Assembly: GCA_965219415.1 (NCBI GenBank)
Contig: OZ244742.1
Coordinates: forward strand, 480,001 to 544,000
Length of the DNA stretch: 64,000 nucleotides
Direction of reading: 5' to 3'
Source: Candidatus Marinacidobacterales bacterium
GTDB lineage: Bacteria > Acidobacteriota > Vicinamibacteria > Marinacidobacterales > DATDRI01
A program made the translations under genes and the position numbers. Below, in pieces: positions 42,039 through 52,212 of the stretch (positions are counted from its first letter, which is position 1; every line of letters begins with the position of its first letter). The notes under the pieces were generated by a model. It did no database searches. It saw nothing but the letters and a program-made list of their open reading frames with translations, and was not told the DNA's origin.

Positions 42039-45000
42039 TCAGTGAAAATCCCGGCTTCGCCCGTGCTGGGGCTGCACCTTGAGGCTAGGAGCCCAAAGCT
42101 CATCGGCGATGAGGTGCACGACATTGTCGCGGGCTTCGAGCTTGCCGGTGACACCGAGGAAGGGCGCGGTCTTGACAAGCACCGCATAGCGTTCGAAGAC
42201 CCTCGTCCAAATAACGAGATTCACGAAACCGGTCTCATCTTCTAGAGTCATGAAGGTGACCCCCGATGCAGTCCCCGGGCGCTGGCGGCAGATCACTAGT
42301 CCCGCGTAACGAATCTTTTTTCCGTGCTTCATCTTCGAGACTGTCTCCGCATCCGGTAGACCTTGAGCACGGAGGGCTTCTCGCAATGGGCCTAGGGGAT
42401 GCCCCCGTGTGCTATGTGAAGACGCATGATAATCCCAGGCAATGGTCTCGAATTCGTCGAGCTTCGGAAACTCCGGAGTTTCTTCTGCACATTCGAGGGG
42501 CAAAGACCGTGAAGGCTCGCGAGCCAAACCGCGGACATCCCAGAGCGCGGCTCTTCTCACCTTGCCGAATCCATCGAAGGCACCGGCTTCGGATAAGACT
42601 TGGAGAGCTCCCTCGTTCAATCGAGTCCGACGAACGAAGTCTTCGATAGAAACAAAAATCCGTTGGCGACGGGCGGCCTCGATCCGCTTCCAATCTCCTT
42701 CTCCAAGACTTTTGACATAGCGGAGCCCCATACGTACCGCATAGGGAAACGCCCCTTGGCCCGCCGTAGCCTTGGCGGAGGCGGCTTCGGCGTGCTCCAG
42801 CGTGCAATCCCAATCGCTTCGCCGAACCTCCACCGAACGGACCTCGACATCACGCCGCTTGGCGTCATCAATGATGGTCGCCGGAGAATAAAAACCCATC
42901 GGCTGAGCGTTCAAAAGAGCACAGGTGAACTCGGCGGGATAATGTCTCAAGAGATAGGCGGCGGCATAGGCAATCAAGGCGAAACTCGCGGCATGACTCT
43001 CCGGAAAACCGTACTCGCCGAAGCCCCGGATCTGCTCGAAGACCCTCTCCGCAAACTCCGGCTTGATCCCCTTCGCCTGCATCCGTGAAATAAGTCGCTC
43101 GCGATGCTTCTCGATGCGCCCGGTGCGGCGCCACGCCGCCATGTCGCGTCGGAGTTGATCGGCCTCGCCGGGAGTGTAGTCAGCCGCCACGACCGCCAGG
43201 CGCATCACCTGCTCCTGGAAAAGAGGCACGCCCAGCGTCTTCTCAAGCACCGGCCTCAAAGACGGATGGGGGTACTCCACCGGCTCTTCTCCGTTCCGCC
43301 GGCGAAGGTAGGGGTGCACCATCCCTCCCGTGATCGGACCGGGCCGCACGATGCTCACCTCGACCACGAGGTCGTAATAATGACACGGCCGGAGGCGAGG
43401 AAGCATCGCCATCTGCGCGCGGCTTTCGATCTGGAAGACTCCAACCGTCTCGGCACGACAGATCATGTCGAAGGTCTCGGCATCGTCCTTGGGGATCGTG
43501 GCCATGGATAGATTGATGTCCCGGTGCCGCTCCAGCAAGCGAAAGCAGAGGTCGAGCTGCGTGAGCGCGCCGAGTCCCAGGAGATCCACTTTGAAGAGTC
43601 CCAGGGACTCGATGTCGTCTTTGTCCCATTGGATCACCGTGCGGTCGGCCATGGTGGCATTCTCGATGGGGACGATGTCGTGGACCGGCTCGTGACCGAG
43701 AAGGAACCCGCCAGGATGGATCGACAAGTGCCGCGGAAAATCTTGGATCTCGTAGGACAATCTCAATAAGTGCTGGTTGATCGGAACTTCCGGATCGAGG
43801 CCGGCGTGACGGAGCGCCTGCGCGGAAACGCCATCGTAGTGAGAGAGAATCTTGGCCAGACGATCGAGAGAGGTCTCCGGAAGTCCCAGGGCCTTTCCCA
43901 CGTCGCGTACCGCCGAGCGGGCGCGATAGCGGATGACGTTCGCCACCATCGCCGCCTTGTCTCGCCCGTACTTTTCGTAAACGAACTGGATGGCCTCTTC
44001 CCTTCTCTGATGCATGATGTCGAGATCGATGTCGGGAGGCTCGTTGCGATCCTTCGACAAGAAACGTTCGAACAAGAGCCCCATACGCACCGGATCCACC
44101 GCGGTGATGTTCAGGCAGTAGCAGACCGCCGAGTTCGCCGCCGAGCCGCGGCCCTGACACAGAATTTCATTGGCGCGGCAAAACTGCACGATCTCGTACA
44201 TGGTGAGGAAATATCCGCAGTAATCCAGTTCCTCGATGAGACGAAGCTCCTTTTCGACTTGCCTCACGACATCGGCTGGAACGTCGCCCTGGTAACGGCG
44301 GCGCGCACCTTCCATCGTCAATCGATGAAGCCATTCCGCGGAGGTCGTCCCATCCGGAAGCCGTTCGGCAGGGTAACGGTAGCGAAGCTGGTCCAAAGAA
44401 AAATCACAGCGCGCCACGATCTCTTCGGTCCTCGCCACCGCCGAAGGATCATCGGCGAAGAGCTGCTCGAAAGAAAAAAGTGTCCTCAACCCATGCTCGG
44501 CGTTCGGTTTGGTTTGTCGCCCTGCCGTCCGCACTGTTAATCCGTGGCGAATGCAAGTCAAGACATCTTGCAGATCGCGTCTTTCGGGAGTGTGGTAGAG
44601 CACCTCCACCGCAGCGACGATGGGTATTCCATGGCGCGCGGCGCGCTCACGTAATCGCGCTTCCTGAGGCACCTCGGTATCACGGCGATGTCGCGCCGCC
44701 ATCGCGTAGAGCCGATCCCCAAAAGCCTCCCGTAAGGATTCGGCAACCCTTCCCGGATCGGACTCCCCTACCAACAGGCTTCTCTCCCCTCCCCAAAGAG
44801 CAAGGAGTCTGTCCTGATGTCCAAAAACTTCGTCCCAGCTCACCGAGGACTCGCCTTTGGGCGAACGGAGCCGGCCGGCGGTCAAGAGTCGGCAAAGACT
44901 CGCATAACCACGACGGTCCTGGGCTAGTAGCAGGATGACCGAGCCATCTTCGACCGTCACTTGCGCCCCGATGAGAAGCTGCACACCTATCTCTTTCGCT

Positions 45001-45179
45001 TTCACATGGGCGCGTACCACGCCATACACTCCGTCGCGATCGGTGACCGCGAGGGAACGCAAACCAAGCCGCTGTGCTTCTTCAACGAGCTCCTCCGGGT
45101 GACTCGCCCCTTCGAGGAAGGAGCCATTGGTCTTGCACCAGAGAGGCACGTACGTCATTTGAGTTTCGACGACAGCCAC
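42039..45179 (-). CDS. dnaE2: Error-prone DNA polymerase III alpha (ImuC)
   Basis: PHP domain, [24 protein letters not shown] fold, C-terminal SRDFH signature. Confidence 0.97.
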   Translation of the reverse strand: MAVVETQMTYVPLWCKTNGSFLEGASHPEELVEEAQRLGLRSLAVTDRDGVYGVVRAHVKAKEIGVQLLIGAQVTVEDGSVILLLAQDRRGYASLCRLLTAGRLRSPKGESSVSWDEVFGHQDRLLALWGGERSLLVGESDPGRVAESLREAFGDRLYAMAARHRRDTEVPQEARLRERAARHGIPIVAAVEVLYHTPERRDLQDVLTCIRHGLTVRTAGRQTKPNAEHGLRTLFSFEQLFADDPSAVARTEEIVARCDFSLDQLRYRYPAERLPDGTTSAEWLHRLTMEGARRRYQGDVPADVVRQVEKELRLIEELDYCGYFLTMYEIVQFCRANEILCQGRGSAANSAVCYCLNITAVDPVRMGLLFERFLSKDRNEPPDIDLDIMHQRREEAIQFVYEKYGRDKAAMVANVIRYRARSAVRDVGKALGLPETSLDRLAKILSHYDGVSAQALRHAGLDPEVPINQHLLRLSYEIQDFPRHLSIHPGGFLLGHEPVHDIVPIENATMADRTVIQWDKDDIESLGLFKVDLLGLGALTQLDLCFRLLERHRDINLSMATIPKDDAETFDMICRAETVGVFQIESRAQMAMLPRLRPCHYYDLVVEVSIVRPGPITGGMVHPYLRRRNGEEPVEYPHPSLRPVLEKTLGVPLFQEQVMRLAVVAADYTPGEADQLRRDMAAWRRTGRIEKHRERLISRMQAKGIKPEFAERVFEQIRGFGEYGFPESHAASFALIAYAAAYLLRHYPAEFTCALLNAQPMGFYSPATIIDDAKRRDVEVRSVEVRRSDWDCTLEHAEAASAKATAGQGAFPYAVRMGLRYVKSLGEGDWKRIEAARRQRIFVSIEDFVRRTRLNEGALQVLSEAGAFDGFGKVRRAALWDVRGLAREPSRSLPLECAEETPEFPKLDEFETIAWDYHASSHSTRGHPLGPLREALRAQGLPDAETVSKMKHGKKIRYAGLVICRQRPGTASGVTFMTLEDETGFVNLVIWTRVFERYAVLVKTAPFLGVTGKLEARDNVVHLIADELWAPSLKVQPQHGRSRDFH
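42755..42784. repeat. GTAG-type REP-like palindrome inside dnaE2
   Basis: CCGCCGTAGCCTTGGCGGAGGCGG, read in frame as ASAKATAGQ. Confidence 0.55.
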
Positions 45180-45227
45180 CTCATCTGTCCTCCAAAGCTG
45201 TCACCCTAATATTGAGAGGTACGTATG

Positions 45228-46715
45228 TCACTCGACGCGCCCTTCGAGAAACCAGCGGCGCCGCTTTCGATCGTAAAAAATCCAGAGCATCTCCCCGCGA
45301 AGCATGTTCACGAAGTAGTACTCGCGGTGGACGCCGCCGGCCCACCAGCCTCCGGAAAAGACGTAAGGGCCGACGAATTTTTGGACCGGCCCGTACTCGA
45401 GTCCGCGCAAGAGCCAGCCATCAGGCTCGTGACGGGATCGATGTGGAAGGAGAAGCGGTCTTTCGTAGATTCTTCTCACCAGAAGACGTGGGCCGCTCTC
45501 TTTTCGAGGATGAGGGATGGTCGTCTTTTCCATGGACTCCCATCGAAAGCTCGCCTGAGGAAGATGACTGTCGTGCAAATGGGCTCGCACCACGACCGTG
45601 TCCCCAAATTCCGCCCGGAGACGAGCAAGAGCGCGGCTGCCCGCCTCCAGATCGCTGCGCGGTTTCTCGGTGAACAAAAGATCTTGTTCGGGGAGGATCT
45701 TAGTTTCACAGACGGTCAAATGGAGCGCCACCACGCCTGATTTGAGCCGCAATGATTCCAGACGTAATCGAATGAGACCCAGGATCTGCGCGCTATCGAC
45801 GGTCGGCGCCGCGGTGCGAATCCGCTCTCCGTACTCCCCCTCGCGATCGAGAACCAGTCGAAGCGTGAGCTCGGTCAGCGCCTTGCTTTTCGGCACCAGC
45901 TCCGCCAAAAGCGAATCCAGCATCCTCTTTATGAGAAACAACAACCGCTCGGAATCGGCGTCCGGGGCATCCAGCAAGAACTGGCGCTCGAGGGGCTCCA
46001 CGGCGGGATGAGGTTGAAGGGGAGCCCAGAGATCTCCGGCGGCGAGACGGTACAGCCGATGCGCTTCGACGCCGAATCGCTTCAGGAGACCCTTGGCCGG
46101 AAGCTTGAGGAAACCCGCAACCGTGCGAACTCCGAGCTTATCCAAGGCATCTCGCACCCCAGGCTCGATCTCCAAACGGTCCAGCTGGACTCGACGGGCG
46201 GCCCGGTTTTCTTCACCGGTATCCTTGAAGACCTTTGCTCCAAGGATAGATTTGGCCACCGCGAAGGTTCCGAAGCGAGTGAACCCCACGACGATGGTGG
46301 ATAAAAAACCAACTTTCAGAAGGTCTTTGCCAACGGCACTCGCCCAATCCTCTAGAGTTTTGTAGAGCCGTCCCAGTCCTTGGGCATTCAGCCAGAAGAC
46401 GCCCGGTGTCTCGGGCGCCGGCTCCACCTCCGGCGTGTAATGACGGAGCCGATCGGTGAGAAGCTGGACACCGTTTTCGATCTCACGATGGGAAACGGTG
46501 CCTGCCCTTAAGTCGGATGCCAACGATAACGCTTGGGCATAACGTTGCCCGGGGAGGACGCGCGCTCGCCTAGCCTTTTCGTTTACCCAGAGCAGAGGAG
46601 AGCTCGGTCGATCCTCGGCAACGACGGCAACCGGAAACTCCTTCCAATCCGGATGTTCCCGAAGGAGGAGTTGGAGTGGGAACGCCGGAACATCAACACA
46701 TGCCAGCCGGACCAC
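45228..46715 (-). CDS. imuB: ImuB, inactive Y-family polymerase homologue
   Basis: IMS-like N-terminus lacking the catalytic DE, YTPEVE, C-terminal GPYVFSGGWW...REYY...WFLEG. Confidence 0.9.
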   Translation of the reverse strand: MVRLACVDVPAFPLQLLLREHPDWKEFPVAVVAEDRPSSPLLWVNEKARRARVLPGQRYAQALSLASDLRAGTVSHREIENGVQLLTDRLRHYTPEVEPAPETPGVFWLNAQGLGRLYKTLEDWASAVGKDLLKVGFLSTIVVGFTRFGTFAVAKSILGAKVFKDTGEENRAARRVQLDRLEIEPGVRDALDKLGVRTVAGFLKLPAKGLLKRFGVEAHRLYRLAAGDLWAPLQPHPAVEPLERQFLLDAPDADSERLLFLIKRMLDSLLAELVPKSKALTELTLRLVLDREGEYGERIRTAAPTVDSAQILGLIRLRLESLRLKSGVVALHLTVCETKILPEQDLLFTEKPRSDLEAGSRALARLRAEFGDTVVVRAHLHDSHLPQASFRWESMEKTTIPHPRKESGPRLLVRRIYERPLLLPHRSRHEPDGWLLRGLEYGPVQKFVGPYVFSGGWWAGGVHREYYFVNMLRGEMLWIFYDRKRRRWFLEGRVE

Positions 46716-47340
46716 GGCAAGTCTCCCGATGTACTTGTCCCGGGCCGCGTCTTTTGTCCTTGAGAACCGAGAGCTCGATGCGATAAGGAGCCGCTGGAGG
46801 CCGGTGAGCCTCCGCCCTCAGTGAAACGAGGGAGCCGAGAGAACTTGCATGGGTCGGCTTTTCGGTAAGGACGACGACCGCCGTGTCGTGTTTCTTGGCC
46901 AGTCCGACCAAGCGTGTCAGCAGCGACGTGGGAATGGATGTGTATGCGACGCACTCTTGTCCCATGCTTGCGGGGGCCGGCTTCGGGCCGAGGTCGATCG
47001 CCACGAGTCCAAATCCACCCGAGCGAACGAGCTGCATCGCCGATCGCGCCGCAGTGTATGAATCACGGGCACGAACGACCGCGAGGGAATCCAAGTCGAT
47101 CCCACCCGCCGCGGCGTCGGGCGGAAAAAATGTGCTCGACAGCAATGTGATCCAGGCGACGGGCTCGCCCCTCCATTGCGCCTCCAGCACCAGCCCGAAA
47201 GCCGCGGTCAACGTCGCCGTCGCTCCGCTTCCGGAAAGCTCCACCAGGCGCCCGGCAATTTGAGGAACACCCCAGGGGACGACGATCCTTAGTTTGCTGT
47301 CGGTAGAGAGACTGGTGGTGACAAAACTCTGGCGAGCCAC
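46693..47340 (-). CDS. imuA: ImuA, RecA-like mutasome subunit
   Basis: GRLVELSG, FFPPDAAAGGIDL, RSGGFGLVAID, SLGSLVSLR; overlaps the imuB start. Confidence 0.85.
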   Translation of the reverse strand: MARQSFVTTSLSTDSKLRIVVPWGVPQIAGRLVELSGSGATATLTAAFGLVLEAQWRGEPVAWITLLSSTFFPPDAAAGGIDLDSLAVVRARDSYTAARSAMQLVRSGGFGLVAIDLGPKPAPASMGQECVAYTSIPTSLLTRLVGLAKKHDTAVVVLTEKPTHASSLGSLVSLRAEAHRPPAAPYRIELSVLKDKRRGPGQVHRETCRGPAGMC

Positions 47341-47351
47341 GGTTGTCTCCC

Positions 47352-48194
47352 CTATCCCGCTAGCAGCTGAGGAGCGACCATCTGGCGGGCGGTGGCGACC
47401 GAGCTCTTTCGCTTATTCAGAATCTTCTGAAGCTCCTGAGCATTGATGACCGCCTGGCCCTGCCAGTGATTATTGAAGATGACAAAAGTATGTTGGCTCT
47501 GCTTCTCGATCTCTCGTAAGCGGGGTATCCAACCCATCAGCTCACGACGGCGGTAATTGTAATCGTAACGGTAGCCTTGATCTTTCACCCACCACTTCCA
47601 CCACCTAGAGGCATTACGTCCATGGAACCGCACGTAGCCCCGATCAGAGGTGACGAGAGCACGAGGACCGGGGAGCTTGGCCAGTTTCGGCGTATCCACA
47701 CACGCGACGCCGATATCCCATCCTCTGAGAAAGTGGAGCGTCTCTTCGTCGAGCCAACTGTCGTGACGAAACTCTACCACCAGGGGGAGTCCTTCCAGCG
47801 CCGCACGGAGTCGACAGACGTAAGCACGATGCTCGGGATTATTGATGAAGGTGAAAGGAAACTGGGCCACCACCGCTCCCAACTTCCGAGCTTGGACGAG
47901 CGGAGCCAGCGAAGCGGCAAAATGATGGGCCAGACTCAGGTCCTTCGTCTCTAGTGGACGTTGATGCGTCAGGCGACGATGCGCCTTCACGGTAAACACG
48001 AGCCTTCCTGCCGAGCGGCGAAGCAAACGCTCTTGATCCTCCACGGTCGGCATCCGGTAACGGGTGAATGTCAGCTCGCAGCAATTGAATTGTTCGGAGT
48101 AAAAATCCAGGTAGTCTTCATAAAGTAACCACGATGGATAAAAGCTAGGAGACCAGTTGTGATAACCGTACCCGCTCGTACCGATGTAAATCAC
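47352..48194 (-). CDS. DUF72 (YecE-like) protein
   Basis: IYIGTSGY, FTVKAHRRLTH, QFP, VEFRHDSW, YVRFHGRN, YDYNY, FNNH. Confidence 0.92.
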   Translation of the reverse strand: MIYIGTSGYGYHNWSPSFYPSWLLYEDYLDFYSEQFNCCELTFTRYRMPTVEDQERLLRRSAGRLVFTVKAHRRLTHQRPLETKDLSLAHHFAASLAPLVQARKLGAVVAQFPFTFINNPEHRAYVCRLRAALEGLPLVVEFRHDSWLDEETLHFLRGWDIGVACVDTPKLAKLPGPRALVTSDRGYVRFHGRNASRWWKWWVKDQGYRYDYNYRRRELMGWIPRLREIEKQSQHTFVIFNNHWQGQAVINAQELQKILNKRKSSVATARQMVAPQLLAG

Positions 48195-48282
48195 TTGACA
48201 CCTCCCTCTAGAGACACTTCTCCCCTTTGATTGACTGGGTGTTTCTGAGAAAAACGCTAGTTGCGACTAGAAAAAATGAAGA

Positions 48283-48501
48283 CTAACTTTCTTTGGCCAC
48301 GTGACGACGAGGTCTGAACTCGAGCCAAGCACCGATAGCTCGTAATCGCGTGGTAAGACCCCCTTCTCCGTATTGGATCTTCACCGCATCGCGAATCACC
48401 TCGCCCATTGGCCTACCCTGCTGGCCGGCTACTTTTTCGAGACGCTGATAAAGATCCATGGGAAGCCGGACCGCTTTTTTGCTCATCCTCTTGCTAGGCA
48501 T
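48283..48501 (-). CDS. Small ribbon-helix-helix (CopG-like) protein
   Basis: AVRLPMDLYQRLEKVAGQQGRPMGEVIRDAV; overlaps the lexA stop. Confidence 0.7.
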   Translation of the reverse strand: MPSKRMSKKAVRLPMDLYQRLEKVAGQQGRPMGEVIRDAVKIQYGEGGLTTRLRAIGAWLEFRPRRHVAKES

Positions 48502-49105
48502 ATTTCCGTATCAGTCCGACGACGACTCCCCGGATGCGGACTGCCTCCTCTCCCACGATGAGGGGAGAGTAATTCGGATTAGCCGGACGGAGCTCGATTC
48601 GCTCCCCGTGTCGGTAGAACCTCTTGACGGTGGCCTCGCCTTCTGCCAGCGCCACCACTGTCTGACCGGGTTCGGCACTCTCTCGTCTATGCACGATCAG
48701 CAAATCGTCCTCGTGAATACCGTCCTCTACCATGCTGTCGCCCGTCACCTTCAAGGCAAAGTGCTCGCCCCGGCCGCCGAGAAGGACTTCGGGGACATCA
48801 ATGGTCTCGGGAACCTCTGGGGCTTCGACGGGACCACCAGCCGCGACCGTACCTAGCAGGGGCAAAGTAACGGCGGCGGCCGCTTCCGGCTGGTCGGAAA
48901 CGATTTCCAGGGCCCTTTTCTGGTTGCCCCAGGGCGATTTTATAAACCCTTTTCTTTCAAGCTGTTGTAGATGTTTCCGCACTGAGTTCAAGGAGGCGAA
49001 GCCGAACTCCTCTCGAATTTCCTCATAGGAAGGAGGACGCCCGTTCTCACCTCGGTAGGCCTTCAAGTAATCGAAAACGGCTTGTTGTTTCTGTGTTAAA
49101 TCCAT
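48494..49105 (-). CDS. lexA: SOS repressor LexA
   Basis: LTQKQ..PPSYEEI wHTH, VAAG cleavage site, GDSM (Ser), TVKR (Lys). Confidence 0.96.
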   Translation of the reverse strand: MDLTQKQQAVFDYLKAYRGENGRPPSYEEIREEFGFASLNSVRKHLQQLERKGFIKSPWGNQKRALEIVSDQPEAAAAVTLPLLGTVAAGGPVEAPEVPETIDVPEVLLGGRGEHFALKVTGDSMVEDGIHEDDLLIVHRRESAEPGQTVVALAEGEATVKRFYRHGERIELRPANPNYSPLIVGEEAVRIRGVVVGLIRKYA

Positions 49106-49112
49106 GGGAGCT

Positions 49113-49141
49113 AATATAGGTGCAAATTAGGTGTAGATCAA
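49113..49141 (-). promoter_or_regulatory. lexA sigma70 promoter (leaderless) with direct-repeat operator
   Basis: TTGATC-N17-TATATT, 7 nt before the ATG, no SD; CACCTA-N5-CACCTA across the spacer and -10. Confidence 0.7.
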
Positions 49142-49284
49142 CGACAAGATGTAGGGGTCCCTCGGCCCCCCGCCCCCACCCTTTGGGCTTAGTGGGGGTC
49201 GGATCCGAAAATGTGACAGCGTCAGTCAGGCCAGACGCCGGGATCAGAGTCAGACCCGTGTTACATTTTTAGATCCGACCCCTG

Positions 49285-49945
49285 TCAAAAAGCGATGATC
49301 AAGCCGGCGGTGGCGCCCGCCTGCCACGACGCCGAGCCGCCAAACGCGATCAAACATCCCCCCCGAAGCGAACAAAAGAAGGCACCCCCGCCTGCTACAT
49401 AATGTGGGCCAAGCGCGGGCGTCGAGACGAAAACCCAGCCGCTCGGAGAGAAAGACTTTGACGCCGCCACCGAAGCCAAGCGAGAAACGCCAATCGCTCC
49501 CTGCGCCAGCCAAGCTCGGGCTGAACCGTGTTGCGCCGAGGGCCAGCACAATGAACGGGCGCACGGCGGGCTTATCGTCGTCGTCGTCGAAATACTCTGC
49601 ACCTTCGCCTAAGAACTCGTAAACCCCGCCCGCCTGGAAGTACTCGACGTTCACATCCAAGAACTCGACCCCGGGCCGAAGGGCGTCGGTGCTCCGGAGC
49701 TCGAGTCCCGTCTCCTGACGGCTGTAAATAAACTCCACCGCGGCGTCTGCGCGCACCCGCACATCCACCAAGAATCCGAAAACAGGGTCCGCCTTGATGT
49801 CGACGCTGCCGTCTCGGACTCCAAAACCGCCGCCAAACTGCCAGCCGTAATAAGGAGTGATTTCCACGGTTTGTGCGTTTCCCAGGCCCGAACTGGCTCC
49901 CAGAGTCAGCGCCATCAGTAGTACACGAACTTTCTGCGTTTTCAT
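49285..49945 (-). pseudogene. Outer-membrane beta-barrel (OmpA/OMP_b-brl-like), frameshift near 49400
   Basis: Signal peptide, EITPYYGWQFGG, GGGVKVF, GFRLDAR; C-terminal strand AGLIIAF in another frame. Confidence 0.78.
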
Positions 49946-50034
49946 CACCTAAGAATTATAGCGTTGCCCTGAGGGAATAAAGCCGCCCCCACCAGTACCT
50001 GCTCCAATAGCGAACGGAGCTATGGGAGGTACGG

Positions 50035-50877
50035 ATGACCAAATTACGGCGACTCGGGAAGCTCGGAGACCCCCGCCACTATCAGATCGCGATCCTGACC
50101 ACCCTCCTCGTTTACGGCATTCTCTGGCTCGATTTCGAGGTCCGCGCCGCCCAGGCCATCGGCATCTTGATCACCGCTCAGCTCACTCAGTATGTGTGCA
50201 CCAGGCTTTCCGGACTACCGCGCTTCGATCCCAAGAGCGCCCTCATCTCCAGCCTATCGTTGTGCCTGCTGCTGCGGACCAACTTCCTGGCGGTCGCGGT
50301 CGGGGCCGCCGGCATCACCATTGCGAGCAAGTTCCTCATCCGCTGGAACGGAAAGCATGTCTTTCAACCCCACGAACTTCGGTCTCGTGGCCGCCATTCT
50401 TCTAACCGGTGAAGCTTGGGTCTCGCCGGGTCAATGGGGCGCCGGTGTCTACTTCGGATTCTTGATGGCGTCTCTCGGAGGACTCGTCGTGAACCGCTCA
50501 TCCCGCAGCGATGTGACCTATGCGTTCCTCGGCTTCTATCTCGCGGTTCTCTTCGGCCGCTCTCTCTGGCTCGGCGAGCCGATGACGATTCCCTGGCACC
50601 GGCTTCAAAACGGAGCGTTCCTTCTATTCGCATTTTTCATGATCTCCGATCCGAGGACCACCCCCGACACACGCGCCGGCAGGATTCTTTTCGCCCTGCT
50701 CGTCGCCGTCGGAGCCGGATTCGTTCACTTCGTTCTCTATCGCCCTAACGGATTGCTTTTGGTCTCTGGCCTTATTCGCGATGATCGTACCGTTCATCGA
50801 CCGGCTGCTGCCGGGAATCCAATACCAATGGAAACGTGCGCCGGCGACACCCGTCGCACATAGCAAAGGAGAAACCA
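50035..50877 (+). pseudogene. Stand-alone RnfD/NqrB-like membrane protein, two T-run frameshifts
   Basis: DPRHYQI, KSALISSLSL, SKFLIR..KHVF/NPTNFG, FFMISDPRTTP; extra T near 50362 and 50760. Confidence 0.8.
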
Positions 50878-52212
50878 ATGAAACGGCTGTTGATCTTGTC
50901 GGCTCTCATCCTGGCGGCGGCATCCTCTCAGGAATCGGTGAGAGCCTTTTGCGGATTCTACGTGGCCAAGGCCGACGCGAAGCTCTTCAACAAAGCCTCG
51001 CAGGTGGTCCTGGTCCGCCACGATGACAAAACCGTCATCACCATGGCCAATGACTTTCGGGGAGACCCAAAGGAGTTCGCGGTGGTCATTCCAGTACCCA
51101 CCTTCATCGAGCGGGGGCAGATCCACGTCACCAACAAGGCGTTGATCGATCACCTCGACGCTTATACGTCGCCACGATTGGTCGAATACTTCGACGAGGA
51201 CCCCTGCCGCTACGGTATGTACGACATGGCCCAGGAGGCACCGGCCGCAGCCGGAGGGCGCTTGCGAAAGTCAGCTAACGACGCGGCTCGAAGCCTGGGA
51301 GTTACTATCGAGGCCCAGTACACCGTCGGTGAGTACGACATCTTGATCCTCTCCGCAGAGCAGAGCAACGGCCTCGAGAAGTGGCTCAAACAGGAAGGCT
51401 ACAAATTACCCCCCGGTGCTTCGCGTGTCTTGGGAAGCTACATCAAGCAAAACATGCGGTTCTTCGTGGCCAGGGTGAACCTCGAGGAGCAGTCGAAGCT
51501 CGGTTTCAACTACCTGCGTCCCCTCCAGGTCGCCTACGAATCTCCGAAGTTCATGCTCCCTATTCGACTCGGCACGGTGAACGCGGACGGCCCGCAAGAG
51601 CTCTTCATTTACGCTTTGACCAAAAACGGCCGCGTGGAGACGACCAACTACCGAACCACCAAACTCCCCACGGGGATGGATATTCCCGTTTTCGTGAAAA
51701 CCGAGTTCGGGGACTTCTACCGCGCGATGTTCTCCGAGCAAGTCAGGAAGCAGAACATGAGAACGGTTTTTTTGGAGTACGCGTGGGACATGGCATGGTG
51801 CGACCCGTGTGCCGCCGACCCTCTCTCTTACACCGAGCTCCGGGAGCTCGGTGTTTTCTGGCAGGACGGACGCCACTCCCGCGGCTCACAGGCGCAGCAA
51901 GTCTTCGTGACGCGACTTCACGTCCGTTATGACGGCGAGCACTTCCCCGAAGACCTCGTCTTTCAGGAAACCTCCGATCGCGGGAACTTCCAGGGACGCT
52001 ATGTGCTGCGTCATCCTTGGAAGGGCCGCGACAACTGCCCGGTGGCGCAGGAATACCGGCGCAACGTCGAGCAGCGGCAGGAGAAGGAGGCTCAGGCCCT
52101 CGCATCGCTCACGGGTTGGAACATCAACGAGATCCGCCAGAAGATGAACTTGCGGGGCGGTGACAGCCCCGGCGGTGGAAGCTGGTGGGAGCGGCTCTGG
52201 AAAAACAACTAG
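50878..52212 (+). CDS. DUF2330 exported protein
   Basis: Signal peptide, FCGFYVAKAD, PRLVEYFDEDPC, FMLPIRLG, EYAWDMAWCDPC, VTRLH. Confidence 0.9.
   Translation: MKRLLILSALILAAASSQESVRAFCGFYVAKADAKLFNKASQVVLVRHDDKTVITMANDFRGDPKEFAVVIPVPTFIERGQIHVTNKALIDHLDAYTSPRLVEYFDEDPCRYGMYDMAQEAPAAAGGRLRKSANDAARSLGVTIEAQYTVGEYDILILSAEQSNGLEKWLKQEGYKLPPGASRVLGSYIKQNMRFFVARVNLEEQSKLGFNYLRPLQVAYESPKFMLPIRLGTVNADGPQELFIYALTKNGRVETTNYRTTKLPTGMDIPVFVKTEFGDFYRAMFSEQVRKQNMRTVFLEYAWDMAWCDPCAADPLSYTELRELGVFWQDGRHSRGSQAQQVFVTRLHVRYDGEHFPEDLVFQETSDRGNFQGRYVLRHPWKGRDNCPVAQEYRRNVEQRQEKEAQALASLTGWNINEIRQKMNLRGGDSPGGGSWWERLWKNN

Noticed and set aside
48283-48501. Complete toxin-antitoxin module at the RHH gene
   Set aside because: No adjacent toxin-like ORF; the next gene is DUF72.
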